A stretch of 64,000 bases of DNA from a virus: positions 96,001 to 160,000 of IMG/VR virus record IMGVR_UViG_3300020599_000003; one strand, written 5' to 3'. Position 1 is the stretch's first letter. Every line of letters starts with the position of its first letter. Below, one piece after another: positions 1-9,595 of the stretch. A program made the position numbers and the translations under genes. The notes under the pieces are model-generated. The model had not been told where the DNA came from. It saw only the letters and a list, made by a program, of their open reading frames with translations, and did not search any database.

Positions 1-1115
1 GGATCTTCCGGCTCGGTGCGCTCGAACATGTCAGGCAGACCGTTGATGTTGATCCACTGCCAGCTATGGCTGCGCAGCCCGTCGCGGAACTGCGCATCGC
101 TGATGAAGCTGAGCGCCTTCGGCCGCTTCGGGTTGAAGAACAGGTAGCCGTTGAGGCGCTCGCCTTCCTGGTTCACGTACAGGATCGGAACGGGTTCGGC
201 CTTCACGTTGCTGATACTGTAGTACTTCTTGGTCAGGCCCTCCTTGGCCTCTTCCTTGCGGGTTTCAGCAGCTTCCTTCTGAGCGCGCTCCTGCGGAGTC
301 ATGTACTCCACATTGTCGGTCGTGTCGTAGCGTTTAGGCTCCAGGCCGACCTTGCGCATCCATCCTGCCCACAGTGGGCCGTGTCCCTTATTGGCAGTCT
401 CGCGGACCTTGTCGATCTCGGACACAGCCTGATGGCACATCTCGTGGAGGAAGACTTCAGCGAACACGTCGAAGCGTGCGTTGAACAGGCGCGGCGAGAT
501 CATCAGCTCGCGGATGTTGTTGATGCCACCGTGCCGCCACAGGCCGCGCTTGCGCATCTGGATGCCCATGTCCCTGAGGAAGCCGAGGGTAGGCTCCTCC
601 ATCTGGTTCTGGAACTTGTGCTGGTTCCAGTAGTGCCAGATCTTCTTCATGAAGTCGTGGCAGGCCGTGCGGGGATTGCCGAGGGCTTGGATCTTCTTGT
701 ACAGATCGATCAGCTGATCGCTGGCCCAGGTCTTCTTGTCGACGTCGGGATTGTACGGCGGAGTGTCGACCGGAGGCAGGGGCTTCGGCGGCGTGCGCTT
801 CTCCACCTTCTCGATGTTCTGGATCAGCACGCGCTTGCGACCTTCGTTGACGTAGATCGCGCCGAGGTTGGGCACGACCCATTGGATGCGCTTGGCGACC
901 TTCTTGCCAGCGCCGAACGTTTTGTCCAGGATGAACTTGTTGTAATCCGTGTACTGGAGGCGGATCCAGTTGTCTTCCGGGTGGTCCTCGAACTTCAGGC
1001 CCGAGAAGCCGAGGGTGTGGAGGTAGCTAGTGGCCTTGTCCACATCGGCTTGCGATGCGACGATGGTCCGTCCAGGGAATGCGAACAGGTTATTTCCTAC
1101 ACAGATGTAGCACAT
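1..1115 (-). CDS. SprT-like zinc metalloprotease (C-terminus runs off the window)
   Basis: Hand-translated; absent from the ORF track because it has no stop in the window. ATG at 1115 after GAGGA, open to base 1. Reads MCYICVGNNL...EVFLHEMCHQAVSEIDKVRETANKGHGPLWAGWMRKVG, i.e. HExxH plus HG..W, the SprT signature. Confidence 0.8.
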   Translation of the reverse strand, partial: MCYICVGNNLFAFPGRTIVASQADVDKATSYLHTLGFSGLKFEDHPEDNWIRLQYTDYNKFILDKTFGAGKKVAKRIQWVVPNLGAIYVNEGRKRVLIQNIEKVEKRTPPKPLPPVDTPPYNPDVDKKTWASDQLIDLYKKIQALGNPRTACHDFMKKIWHYWNQHKFQNQMEEPTLGFLRDMGIQMRKRGLWRHGGINNIRELMISPRLFNARFDVFAEVFLHEMCHQAVSEIDKVRETANKGHGPLWAGWMRKVGLEPKRYDTTDNVEYMTPQERAQKEAAETRKEEAKEGLTKKYYSISNVKAEPVPILYVNQEGERLNGYLFFNPKRPKALSFISDAQFRDGLRSHSWQWININGLPDMFERTEPED

Positions 1116-1219
1116 GAGATGTGTGATCCTCAGAATGCGCGACCGTCGCGGCGGTCAAATGAACAGGCACCGAGACGGATGGGGGCCTCCATCCCAGTCG
1201 TCTTCCACACCACGGAAGT

Positions 1220-1891
1220 TCAGCTTCTCGCGGTCTTCTTAGGCATGGTGTTCGTGGGAGATATCTTGAACCGCTTCATGAACTTCTCGAGGGTCCACCC
1301 CTTGCCGAGCAACACGAGACGTACCTCGTAGGAGTTAAGCTGCTGCTTGGTGAGACCCTCACCATGACCCAAGAACTCCGCAGGCTGATTGACGGGAACC
1401 CTGATTAGGAACCATGGGTAGGTGCGGCCGAGCTTCTCCCACATCATGTTGGCCCCAGGTGACTGGGTGCCTGACGACATGAAGCACATGCCGTGGTTGA
1501 GCGCCCACTTGTAGATAGCAGAAGCGTACCCCTTACCCTGTGCCCGTTCTGCAAATGTAGCGTGCGGCGTTAGTAGATTCTGGTAGCGCACTCTGCCAAC
1601 CCCAATAGCTTGGCGCTCGAACCTCACATAACCGACCGTATACTCTTCCTTTGATACAGGGTCAACTTCACGGACCAGGATGAGAGAGGTGGTCTTGGTG
1701 ATCGGATGTTGGAAGGTGACCAAGATCACGCCAGGAATGGCGGTGGTGATGCGCTTGATGGGCTTCTTCTCCTGCTCGGCGCGCCGGAGCATCTTGTCAC
1801 CAGCCCACAGATCTGCATATACGTCACGACTGCTCATGCCGAAGTCGAGATCCATGGCTCGGACCGTCTGTGCTGCGATTGCTTTGAACAT
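1220..1891 (-). CDS. GNAT-fold acetyltransferase-like protein
   Basis: ORF 1220..2056; likely start MFKAIAAQ at 1891 (AGGA upstream). Acetyl-CoA-binding motif FAERAQGKGYASAIY, followed by QSPGANMMWEKL. Confidence 0.6.
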   Translation of the reverse strand: MFKAIAAQTVRAMDLDFGMSSRDVYADLWAGDKMLRRAEQEKKPIKRITTAIPGVILVTFQHPITKTTSLILVREVDPVSKEEYTVGYVRFERQAIGVGRVRYQNLLTPHATFAERAQGKGYASAIYKWALNHGMCFMSSGTQSPGANMMWEKLGRTYPWFLIRVPVNQPAEFLGHGEGLTKQQLNSYEVRLVLLGKGWTLEKFMKRFKISPTNTMPKKTARS

Positions 1892-1893
1892 GG

Positions 1894-3123
1894 TTAGGTC
1901 CTGAAACGCCCGTAGGAGTTGTCGTGTACGCCAGTCGTGGTTTGGTACTTGGTTGGGGTGCGGCCTCGCTTCGGCAAGAGGTGATAGAGCTCCTGAGGCT
2001 GCGAGACGCGTACCGTGGCTTCCCAACCCAAGTTGAGAGCCTGAAGGGTAGACCACGGAGTAACGGCACCGACCACGAGGACACGCCCAGTCTTGGACTC
2101 GGTGATCACGTCCTGCTTGAACAGCCGAGGTACATTGGGAGAGAGCAGGACCTGGAAGGGGTCAGTACTGTCCAGCTTGCTGAGGTCAGCAGATTGGCCC
2201 ATCTTCGGGAGCTCGATGTACGCGGATTCGTGCGACAGGTTGGCCTGGAACTCGAAGTGCGTGAAGTGCGTCGGCTTGTCGAAGTCGATGGTGACCGTGA
2301 CCGTCTTGCCAGCGAAGCCAGCAATCAGGTGGTTCGTGATCGGCTGCCCATCGAAGCGGATGGTGGTGGGGACGATGAGGTCCATGTTGAACAGGCGGCA
2401 AGCATCGACACCGATGATCCCCGCGGGGATGAGGAGTTGGAACTCCAGGTGTGTGCCAACAGCCTTCCAGGGCCGTGCCGAAGCATCGATCTGGCCGTCG
2501 CGCTGGCCGATGTTCATCATGCCAACGTGGATCACCTTGCGGTAGCCGTACATCGGGCTGAAGCCACCAACGAATGCAGTACCGAAGCAGACAGGGCAGG
2601 CGATGTCCGTGATGCCGAGCGAGGACGTGTCGAATTCACCAACGAGAGCGTCGAGATCCAACTCCCGCTCAGGACCGTCGTCCTTGAACGATTCCTCGCT
2701 GAACAGCGGGATCACCAGACCGTCCGTGTTGAAGTTGGTGCTGGGCATGTTCCCTGAGTCGAATCCAGATTCCTGCCACTTCGATACAGGTGCATTTGGG
2801 CTGGTGATGGTCGGAGGTTGCCGCTGAGCATAGGGCTTGATGGAGGAGGGTGCACCGAGCATCATCTCGGTGATAGCCCCTTCGCTGAGCTTGCCGTCCT
2901 TGCCCATACGCCCCGCAAGATTGAGGCGAGAAGCGCCGCAGGTACATTTCATGCCCTGCTCGAGACGGTTGTAGACGACCCCTTGAGCACCCTGCACCAT
3001 GAAGGCCCCCATGTATCTCGTTTGAAATACCGGGGTTATTTCTTGGACTGCTTTCTGTGCGACGCTAACAGACCTGCTATTGGCGGGCAGTATTTTATTG
3101 TTCGACCGGCTTTTTACTGGCAT
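1894..3123 (-). CDS. Putative virion structural (neck/head-completion-like) protein with CxC and CPVCFGT Cys motifs
   Basis: 413-aa ORF; GGAG RBS precedes MPVKSRS at 3123. Lies at the end of the structural module. Function inferred from context only. Confidence 0.4.
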   Translation of the reverse strand: MPVKSRSNNKILPANSRSVSVAQKAVQEITPVFQTRYMGAFMVQGAQGVVYNRLEQGMKCTCGASRLNLAGRMGKDGKLSEGAITEMMLGAPSSIKPYAQRQPPTITSPNAPVSKWQESGFDSGNMPSTNFNTDGLVIPLFSEESFKDDGPERELDLDALVGEFDTSSLGITDIACPVCFGTAFVGGFSPMYGYRKVIHVGMMNIGQRDGQIDASARPWKAVGTHLEFQLLIPAGIIGVDACRLFNMDLIVPTTIRFDGQPITNHLIAGFAGKTVTVTIDFDKPTHFTHFEFQANLSHESAYIELPKMGQSADLSKLDSTDPFQVLLSPNVPRLFKQDVITESKTGRVLVVGAVTPWSTLQALNLGWEATVRVSQPQELYHLLPKRGRTPTKYQTTTGVHDNSYGRFRT

Positions 3124-3124
3124 A

Positions 3125-3510
3125 CTAATCTCCAAGTACCTTTAGGTAGGGCCTTCCTGGACAGTATATCCCGTAGTTGGTGTTCCGAATAGCGCCCAGG
3201 TTCTTGATCCGCAGGTGTTCACATGAAAGGGCATCTATCTCGCGCACATCGTCTAGGACTCGGACGATGATCGGCTGAAGACCCATGCGCGGTAGCTTAC
3301 GGATAGTCGTGCACTTGCGGTTGCGACCGCCAACCTTCGCCTCCAATACGTGGTCTCCGGAGCGATTGCCCTCCCCTTTCCTACATAGAAGGGCTGGTAC
3401 TCGAACTTGATGAACTCCCCAGTACCGGCAATCTCGTACTCGAAGGCCCCTACCTTACGTGGATCGAGCAGGACATACACGGAGAACTCGAGTACCTCGC
3501 TGTACGTCAC
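3125..3510 (-). pseudogene. Frameshifted GIY-YIG homing endonuclease remnant
   Basis: ORF 3253..3510 gives VYVLLDPRK...PFYVGKG. The continuation GNRSGDHVLEAK...IRKL...IVRVLDDVREIDALSCEHLRIKNLG is in the frame of ORF 3125..3346. One base is missing in AAGGGGAGGGC (~3370-3380). Confidence 0.7.
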
Positions 3511-3623
3511 GTTCGAGTAGTAGCCTCCATCCGACCCGCCACATGATTAATGCGAGATGGTATGCAGGCGGGGATGGATTTGGAGCGGACAGGCACGCCG
3601 GTATCCTGTGTGGTGCGATACCA

Positions 3624-3630
3624 TAAAATT
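3624..3630 (-). promoter_or_regulatory. AATTTTA motif (putative phage promoter)
   Basis: CCATAAAATTG on +, intergenic. The same core recurs at six other gene-upstream positions. Confidence 0.5.
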
Positions 3631-3645
3631 GCGGGCAAGACGCAC

Positions 3646-3678
3646 AAAAGCCCTCCCAAGCTTGTGGCGGGGAGGGCT
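3646..3678 (-). terminator. Intrinsic terminator
   Basis: Stem AGCCCTCCC/GGGAGGGCT followed by TTTT on the minus strand, just after the stop at 3684. Confidence 0.75.
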
Positions 3679-3683
3679 GATGG

Positions 3684-4256
3684 TCAGGCTTCGGTGTCGG
3701 TCGTGGCGTCGAGGTTCACGATCGGATTGGTGTTGCGTAGAAGGCCAGCCACTTCCAGATAGGTCGGGAGCTCAGCAGCCGAGGTGGCAGCGAAGATCTG
3801 GTTGCGGAGCTTCTGAGCATGCGCCCCCACACGGGCAACCTCTGCATCATAGGCTTCCCGCTTCTCGACCACCTTGAGAGCGAGGTCCTCGACAGGTTCA
3901 CCGGTCGCAGCCTCGATGGCCTTCAGGTAAGGACCAGCTTCACCACCGTCGAGGACTACCTTCGCTTCCGCGTACTGCGCATCGAAGGTAGCTCGCTCGG
4001 CCGGCGAGTAGTCCCCGAGAGTGGGCGCGCGCCAATCGTTCAGGGCAGTGAGAGCCGCATCGCGGGACTGCTCGAACGGCACGTCCTCGGACTGGAGGTC
4101 GGGAACCACGCGCCAGCCCATACCGTCATGCCATGCGATGCTGCCGACCTGGACTTCAGGCGGCGGGTACAGCGAGCCGTTGCTGAGGGGCTTGTCCGAC
4201 TCGCGGGTCTGCCCGGTAGCGAAGCCCTTCTTGTCGTAGGTGTAGTAGATTGCCAT
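3684..4256 (-). CDS. Tail fibre assembly chaperone (Tfa-like)
   Basis: Starts MAIYYTYD, overlapping the fibre stop (TAATG). PPP..AWHDGMGWRVVPD pattern; directly follows the fibre gene. Confidence 0.6.
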   Translation of the reverse strand: MAIYYTYDKKGFATGQTRESDKPLSNGSLYPPPEVQVGSIAWHDGMGWRVVPDLQSEDVPFEQSRDAALTALNDWRAPTLGDYSPAERATFDAQYAEAKVVLDGGEAGPYLKAIEAATGEPVEDLALKVVEKREAYDAEVARVGAHAQKLRNQIFAATSAAELPTYLEVAGLLRNTNPIVNLDATTDTEA

Positions 4257-5857
4257 TAGACGATATCCCATTCGGTGACCCAGATCGGGCAGTTCTCACT
4301 CTTGCCAGTGTGGGCGAAGATGATAGGCGTGCCAGGAGGGACGGTGTAGGAGATGAAGCCGCCACCTTCACCGTCATCGCGACCAAGGAGTTGGCCATTG
4401 GCGTAGATGGAGATATGGGACTCACTCCGGGTGTTGCTGAGTGAGAGGGCGCTCCACCGCGTGGTCGTGTACGAGAGCGAGTTGTTGTTCACCGAACCCA
4501 GCGAGCGGGTGATAGTTGAGCTAGTCTCGCCACCACCACCCATCTTGCGCCATGCAGTCCAGACGAGGGACTGGGTGCCTACGCGCCACCACGCCTGATT
4601 GTTGGGGTCGGTCTTGTTCTCGTTTCCGGGCGACTCCGGGAACACCTGCTGGATGATGAAGCCCTCGTAGGCGCTGATGCGCACACGCCCGCCGGTCGTG
4701 GTGCCGGGCGGCAGATTCTGCGGACGGCTGTTGCTGAAGAACGAATACTCCCCACTAGGGATGGCGTCCGTCCAGCCGGTGCCTTGGTTGAGGTTGTCAG
4801 CACTAGTCAGGATGCGTCCCGTACCGGGGGCACCGTGCAGCAGGCCAGTGACGCTCATGACGCCAGCGCGGTCCGTGATGATGCCACGGTTGGGGCGCAT
4901 CAGGCCGATGGTGTCCGCACCAGCGAGGTTGGCTTCCATCGCATCACAGACATACAGGTCAAGCGGCGAGCCGACGACAGCAGGAGTGGTCATGGGGTCG
5001 GGCTTCAGCGTGAAGACCACGTTGCTGCCGCTCAGCGCAGCGGATGCCACGGCGCGGTACAGGCCCACGCTCGGGAAGCCAATGACTACGCCTCCCACGA
5101 CGTTGGCCTTCGAGATGATACCCCAGTCAGCCACGTCAGCGAACGGGATGGTGACGGTGGATGCAGTGGCTGCCACAACGGAGGAGTCGCACGCCAGATG
5201 GTAGGTGCCTTGCGGAGACCACTCCTGGCCGAGACCCAGCGAGGAGGGGCGCGCCGGAGTCAGGGCAGTGGAACGTCCGTAGGTATCCGGCTCCTGCACG
5301 ACGATCAGGTCGATCTCCGGATTCGCCATCGTGTTCTGCGGGTAGACATCAGACCACTTGTTGACGACCCAAATGGTCTGGAGCTCGCCATTGTTGATCT
5401 GGAAGATCGCAGTGGACTGCTCCAGGTCGATCAGGCAGTTGAAGGTGTACGTGGAGGCCACGTTGGTGACCAGCGAGGAGGTCTTCAGTTGCGGCGAGGG
5501 GAACACCAGATGCGCGAACAGGACGTCCTGGTCGGGATCGTCGGGGGCGTCGTTGCTGGGGATGTACAGACCAAGCTCACCGAATTGCCACGGCCCTTCG
5601 ATGGCCGGGATCGTGCACATCACGTTGATGGTCTTCGGCGGTATATTGCGGTACGCCGTGACCGGAGCCGAGTACAGGATGTTGCCCGTCAGCTCCTGGT
5701 CGGTACGCGAAGCCTTGAAGCCGTAGCCGTCGGCGATCTTGAACTGGCGGATGTTGATCCAGGGGCCGGTGGGGGTAGCAACCGACGCGGCAGCAAGGCC
5801 GACGTCTGTGACTACGGCACTCAGGTCGAACAGGGGGTTGATATTGGGATCAGCCAT
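4256..5857 (-). CDS. Tail fibre protein
   Basis: 533 aa; baseplate-attachment-like N-terminus (INIRQFKIADG...FGELGLY), fibre-like repeats and a beta-rich C-terminus; sits between wedge and chaperone genes. Confidence 0.7.
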   Translation of the reverse strand: MADPNINPLFDLSAVVTDVGLAAASVATPTGPWINIRQFKIADGYGFKASRTDQELTGNILYSAPVTAYRNIPPKTINVMCTIPAIEGPWQFGELGLYIPSNDAPDDPDQDVLFAHLVFPSPQLKTSSLVTNVASTYTFNCLIDLEQSTAIFQINNGELQTIWVVNKWSDVYPQNTMANPEIDLIVVQEPDTYGRSTALTPARPSSLGLGQEWSPQGTYHLACDSSVVAATASTVTIPFADVADWGIISKANVVGGVVIGFPSVGLYRAVASAALSGSNVVFTLKPDPMTTPAVVGSPLDLYVCDAMEANLAGADTIGLMRPNRGIITDRAGVMSVTGLLHGAPGTGRILTSADNLNQGTGWTDAIPSGEYSFFSNSRPQNLPPGTTTGGRVRISAYEGFIIQQVFPESPGNENKTDPNNQAWWRVGTQSLVWTAWRKMGGGGETSSTITRSLGSVNNNSLSYTTTRWSALSLSNTRSESHISIYANGQLLGRDDGEGGGFISYTVPPGTPIIFAHTGKSENCPIWVTEWDIV

Positions 5858-5867
5858 CTAATGCTCT

Positions 5868-6656
5868 TCAGGTTGAGGTTTTGGTGAACACGCCATAGGC
5901 CGCACCATTGATGTGGACGCCCAGCGCCACGATCTCGGTGTTCTCGTCCCCCGGGAAGGCCACCACAGGGATATCGAAATTGAAGTCGATAGAGTTCACA
6001 ACGAGGTTGTAGTTGGCGATCTCGTAGAAGAAGGTCACCAAGTCAGTCGTCTCGATCGGAAGCCCACCCTTCGCCGTGAGCGTGACGTGCGTGGTCGGGA
6101 ACCACGTACCACCCTCCCAGATGGGAGTGCCGGGCGGCGTACCGTCAGGGTTCTCCGGCGTGAAGTTCAAGTACTTCGTGTCGTTCGGGTTTGCCGGGTC
6201 GTACTCCGCCCAGAGGTTCTGCATCGTGATGCCAGTCCCGAGGCAGAAGTTGATGAACTCCAGGAATCCGTAGGTGCCGCGCTCCCACCAGTAGTAGCCG
6301 AGGAAGCGACTGATGGTCGTCAGCGATTCCGTCGTGATGGAGCCTGCACTACTGAGGTACATGCCCAGACTATTGTCTTGCTGGGTGACCAGGGAGCGCT
6401 CCAGCGTGTCCCAGACTGAGGCATCCACCATGCTCCCGTTGAGGACGAGGGCCTCTACATCGGGGTTGGAGTGCCAGCCGGAGCGGAGCTCGCGGATGAT
6501 CGCTACCTTCTGGTCTACCTCGGTTGCGTAGACGTGGTCGATGATGTCCCCGTACTGCTGGAAGTAATCAGCCGTCAGGTATGGCGGTAGTAGAACCTTC
6601 CGGGGGATTTTGTAGCCCAATCGCTTGAGCTGCTGTATTCCTGAGGGATCAGGCAT
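5868..6656 (-). CDS. Baseplate wedge protein (gp7/gpI-like)
   Basis: 262 aa between the baseplate-J-like and fibre genes; YWWERGT..FLEFINFCLG segment typical of this position. Confidence 0.5.
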   Translation of the reverse strand: MPDPSGIQQLKRLGYKIPRKVLLPPYLTADYFQQYGDIIDHVYATEVDQKVAIIRELRSGWHSNPDVEALVLNGSMVDASVWDTLERSLVTQQDNSLGMYLSSAGSITTESLTTISRFLGYYWWERGTYGFLEFINFCLGTGITMQNLWAEYDPANPNDTKYLNFTPENPDGTPPGTPIWEGGTWFPTTHVTLTAKGGLPIETTDLVTFFYEIANYNLVVNSIDFNFDIPVVAFPGDENTEIVALGVHINGAAYGVFTKTST

Positions 6657-7062
6657 GGTGCTGGGACTCGTAGGTGAAACGGAGGACGTCGTACACGGGT
6701 CCGTAAGGCCCGTGGCTGAAGTCGGACTCGATGGACAGGAGCTTCATGGGCAGCGTGATGCTGCCGACGTTGACGACCCCGAAGTCGTACCACAGCTTCA
6801 GGCCACCGTTCTCCTTCAGCGCAGCCACGACGTCGTCCCACTTGGTGATCGGATGCTCTTCCTTCACGCCAGAGAGGTCTCGTTTGCGTTGGAAGATGTG
6901 CACGTCGATGATGAGAGACCCATTGCGGCTGCTCTGCCACACAGAGTGCACCCGGCCAGAGGCGGGGCCAACATCGAGCTTGATAGAGCTAGAGGGGAAC
7001 AAGTCACCCAGGCTCACGGTAGTCACGGAGGGTGTGCTCACGGTAGTCACGGAGGGTGTCAT
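6649..7062 (-). CDS. Hypothetical protein with N-terminal TPSVTTVS duplication
   Basis: 137-aa ORF with AGGAG RBS, packed between baseplate genes. Confidence 0.6.
   Translation of the reverse strand: MTPSVTTVSTPSVTTVSLGDLFPSSSIKLDVGPASGRVHSVWQSSRNGSLIIDVHIFQRKRDLSGVKEEHPITKWDDVVAALKENGGLKLWYDFGVVNVGSITLPMKLLSIESDFSHGPYGPVYDVLRFTYESQHHA
7012..7059. repeat. Perfect 24-bp tandem duplication
   Basis: GCTCACGGTAGTCACGGAGGGTGT at 7012-7035 and 7036-7059; in frame within the 6649..7062 gene. Confidence 0.95.
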
Positions 7063-7069
7063 ATTGCTC

Positions 7070-8842
7070 CTAGGTGCCGTGTGATAACGACGGCAGACGG
7101 GTTGACGGGAGGACGCGCAACGTCAGGCTGTTCAGCGAGTTGTACCGGATGGGCCACTCGTTGGCAGTCTGCGGCAGGCCACCCGGATCAGGGGTGAGCG
7201 AGCCGTCGTCCGTCCAGGTAGTGGCAGTTCCGGGCAAAGTGGTGATCAGGCCCAGCTCAGTATTCTTGCGTCCATAGACGCGGATGCTGGCGGCGTTCTT
7301 GATGAGCGGCCAAGTGAACTGAATGGCGGAGCCATTGGACGTGACCTGCGGGAAGACCCACGCGTCCGGTGTGCCAACGTCCCCGTTGGTATTGGTCACC
7401 GCGAAGGAGTATGCGTACTGACGCTGCGTGAGGGTTCCCTGACCTGGCAGGACGGTGGCCGTGGCGTTGGCTGCGTGCGGCGAGCCGACCAGCATCGGGT
7501 AGGAGCTGTTGTCCACGGAGTACGCAAACTGCCCCTTGCAGGCTTCCTTGACCACGGCCACGATGTCGGACTCGTAGAAGTCCGTACCGAGCAGACCCCG
7601 GCGCGGTGAGAACCACGCAGTGATAGCGTCGGTGACATCCTTCCTGATTTGAGTAGGCGAGGCTGTGTTGCTAACGTACACGTCGATGTTGATGTCACGA
7701 GGGATCGGGATAGGATCCTGCCAGAAGAAGCGCGGCGCGTACATGGTGACCTTCTGCATGTACTTGATGAAGTCGTCCTTCTGAGCCTGCGTCCAAGGTG
7801 ACGATGTGAGGGCCGACACCCGGATCACGTTCATCCACTCCTTGGAGCCTGGGTTGATATCGCGCTGCGCCTGCGTGATGGCGTCCACGATACCTGGATA
7901 GTCCAGCACCGCCGTCTTGTATTGGTTGCCAGTAGTCGAGGAGTTGTAGTCTCCGAACGCACCGGCGATCACGTACTTGTAATCCGACGCAGGGCGCTCG
8001 TTGGAGCCCCCAGTCGGGTTGGAGATGGCCGTGCCGCTGACGGTGGGGAAGCCTGCGAAGGACACCCGGCTCCCAGTCAAGGACAGCGTGTTGGACGCCG
8101 CACCGTCGGTGACGGCATAAATCATCGTGACGGTATCATTTACCCCCGGCACGGAGCCGTAAGCAAATCGGCTGGAGTCGCTGAGGTCGGGAGTGGTACT
8201 CGCCACGCGTCCGAAGACGGCTTGCGCCCTACCGATCCTGTCGGTAAGGTCAGCATAGCCGGGTTGGTTGCGGAAGTTCCACAACGCTGCGTTTCGAGCC
8301 TGCGGGATCGCGACATTGTTGATCATCACGACGACGTCCATGTCGGAGACCACGAAGTCTGTCTCGGGAGTCTCCAGCACCTGGAAGTCTGTGCCCAGGC
8401 CCGAGGTCGTTAGCGCCTTGATCTCACCTTGGAACAGAGTGGCCTCGGTCGGCACGCCAGCGGGGATCTGGATGACCTCACGATTGAACCACAGACCACC
8501 AATGGATGCTTGCGAGAAGGCCGGGATGAACACGTCGACCGCGCTGTTAAGAATGACGCGGATCGCCGCAGGCAGCTTACGCGAAGTACGCACACCCTGG
8601 AAGCCGATGTTGGCACGGATAGCCTCGTCAGACTGAGCGGTCTCCGAGAAGCAGTCCTGCACATTGCGCATCACCTGCATCTGCAGATAGGTGCCGACAG
8701 CGGCTGCGAAGTCGATCAGAGTCTTGCTGGTCTGGATGTCCAGAGTACCTTTCCAGGCGCTCTGGGTCACTGCGTATTCGGATAGCTGCGACACGAACTG
8801 ATCGAAGTCATATGTCATGTCTGACAGAGTAAGGACGCTCAT
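7070..8842 (-). CDS. Baseplate wedge protein (gp6/baseplate J-like)
   Basis: 590 aa; SETAQSDEAIR, TGGSNERPASDYK and YKTAVLDYPGIVDA motifs resemble baseplate-J; follows the gp25-like gene. Confidence 0.75.
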   Translation of the reverse strand: MSVLTLSDMTYDFDQFVSQLSEYAVTQSAWKGTLDIQTSKTLIDFAAAVGTYLQMQVMRNVQDCFSETAQSDEAIRANIGFQGVRTSRKLPAAIRVILNSAVDVFIPAFSQASIGGLWFNREVIQIPAGVPTEATLFQGEIKALTTSGLGTDFQVLETPETDFVVSDMDVVVMINNVAIPQARNAALWNFRNQPGYADLTDRIGRAQAVFGRVASTTPDLSDSSRFAYGSVPGVNDTVTMIYAVTDGAASNTLSLTGSRVSFAGFPTVSGTAISNPTGGSNERPASDYKYVIAGAFGDYNSSTTGNQYKTAVLDYPGIVDAITQAQRDINPGSKEWMNVIRVSALTSSPWTQAQKDDFIKYMQKVTMYAPRFFWQDPIPIPRDINIDVYVSNTASPTQIRKDVTDAITAWFSPRRGLLGTDFYESDIVAVVKEACKGQFAYSVDNSSYPMLVGSPHAANATATVLPGQGTLTQRQYAYSFAVTNTNGDVGTPDAWVFPQVTSNGSAIQFTWPLIKNAASIRVYGRKNTELGLITTLPGTATTWTDDGSLTPDPGGLPQTANEWPIRYNSLNSLTLRVLPSTRLPSLSHGT

Positions 8843-8845
8843 GTC

Positions 8846-9268
8846 TTATATCCTGCTTTGGGTGGGGAGGTTGAAGTTGATTCCGGCCCCGCGCCCTGTG
8901 ATCTTGTCGATTAGGGCGAGCCGCACGCGGTAGCCCGGTAGGCTCCAGTCGATCAGGAAGCTGGAGTTCTGCTCATCCACAGTCACGCGAGGTTCCCACT
9001 GCTTGATGGCTGCGAAGGTGGCGTTCTTGACCTCGATCACAGACGTGTCGTCCATAGGCTCTTGCAGAAGCCAGTACAGGTTGGAGCCGAAGCGAGCGTT
9101 GAAGATGCGGCCTCGCGCCCCTACAGGGCAGCGAAACAGGTTGAACAGCGCGCACCATTTGACGCTCGCCAGATCCGGTATTAGCTCCGGCATGTCATTC
9201 TGGAAGATACGCGGATTTACGTCCACGTACGAACTGTAAGTCAAATTATAGGGCTGAATCGGCGGCAT
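8846..9268 (-). CDS. Baseplate gp25-like protein
   Basis: 140 aa; GARGRIFNARFGSNLYWLLQEP and AIKQWEPRV, the gp25/gpW signature. Confidence 0.8.
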   Translation of the reverse strand: MPPIQPYNLTYSSYVDVNPRIFQNDMPELIPDLASVKWCALFNLFRCPVGARGRIFNARFGSNLYWLLQEPMDDTSVIEVKNATFAAIKQWEPRVTVDEQNSSFLIDWSLPGYRVRLALIDKITGRGAGINFNLPTQSRI

Positions 9269-9290
9269 GATGACCTCGTATGTATGCGGA

Positions 9291-9297
9291 TAAAATT
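9291..9297 (-). promoter_or_regulatory. AATTTTA motif (putative phage promoter)
   Basis: GATAAAATTC in the 36-bp gap upstream of the gp25-like gene. Confidence 0.45.
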
Positions 9298-9304
9298 CAG
9301 CGAG

Positions 9305-9592
9305 CTACCCCGCGAACACGTTGCTGCTACCGACAGCCGCCACTGATCCACAGGATATGGGGTCTCCGATGCGGGCGATACCCTTCCCTCCCACAAACAC
9401 GGTTGTGGAGGCCCCAGACAGAACGCCGTCGTGACTGCTGTCCCCGCAGCTATGCGTGAGCCAGTGGCCTCCAAGGCAGTGGGCGAGTCTGCCATTGACG
9501 TAGACGTTCACGGGGTTTCCGGAGTCGTTGGCGCGGGGTGGAAAACATCCGTGGCCAGATCCGCTGTCATTGATGCGTACGACACTCGGCAT
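9305..9592 (-). CDS. PAAR-domain spike tip protein (gp5.4-like)
   Basis: 95 aa; SGHGCFPP, YVNGRLAH, HSCG..H, VFVGGKGIARIGD and GSSNVFAG motifs. Confidence 0.9.
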   Translation of the reverse strand: MPSVVRINDSGSGHGCFPPRANDSGNPVNVYVNGRLAHCLGGHWLTHSCGDSSHDGVLSGASTTVFVGGKGIARIGDPISCGSVAAVGSSNVFAG

Positions 9593-9595
9593 GGG

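Noticed and set aside
457-882. ORF-track minus ORF MGRAQPRR...
   Set aside because: Wrong frame; the real gene is the SprT-like frame 1115 to <1.
7012-7059. 24-bp duplication as an att site or regulatory repeat
   Set aside because: It is an in-frame duplication at a protein N-terminus with no second copy or integrase nearby; most likely slippage.
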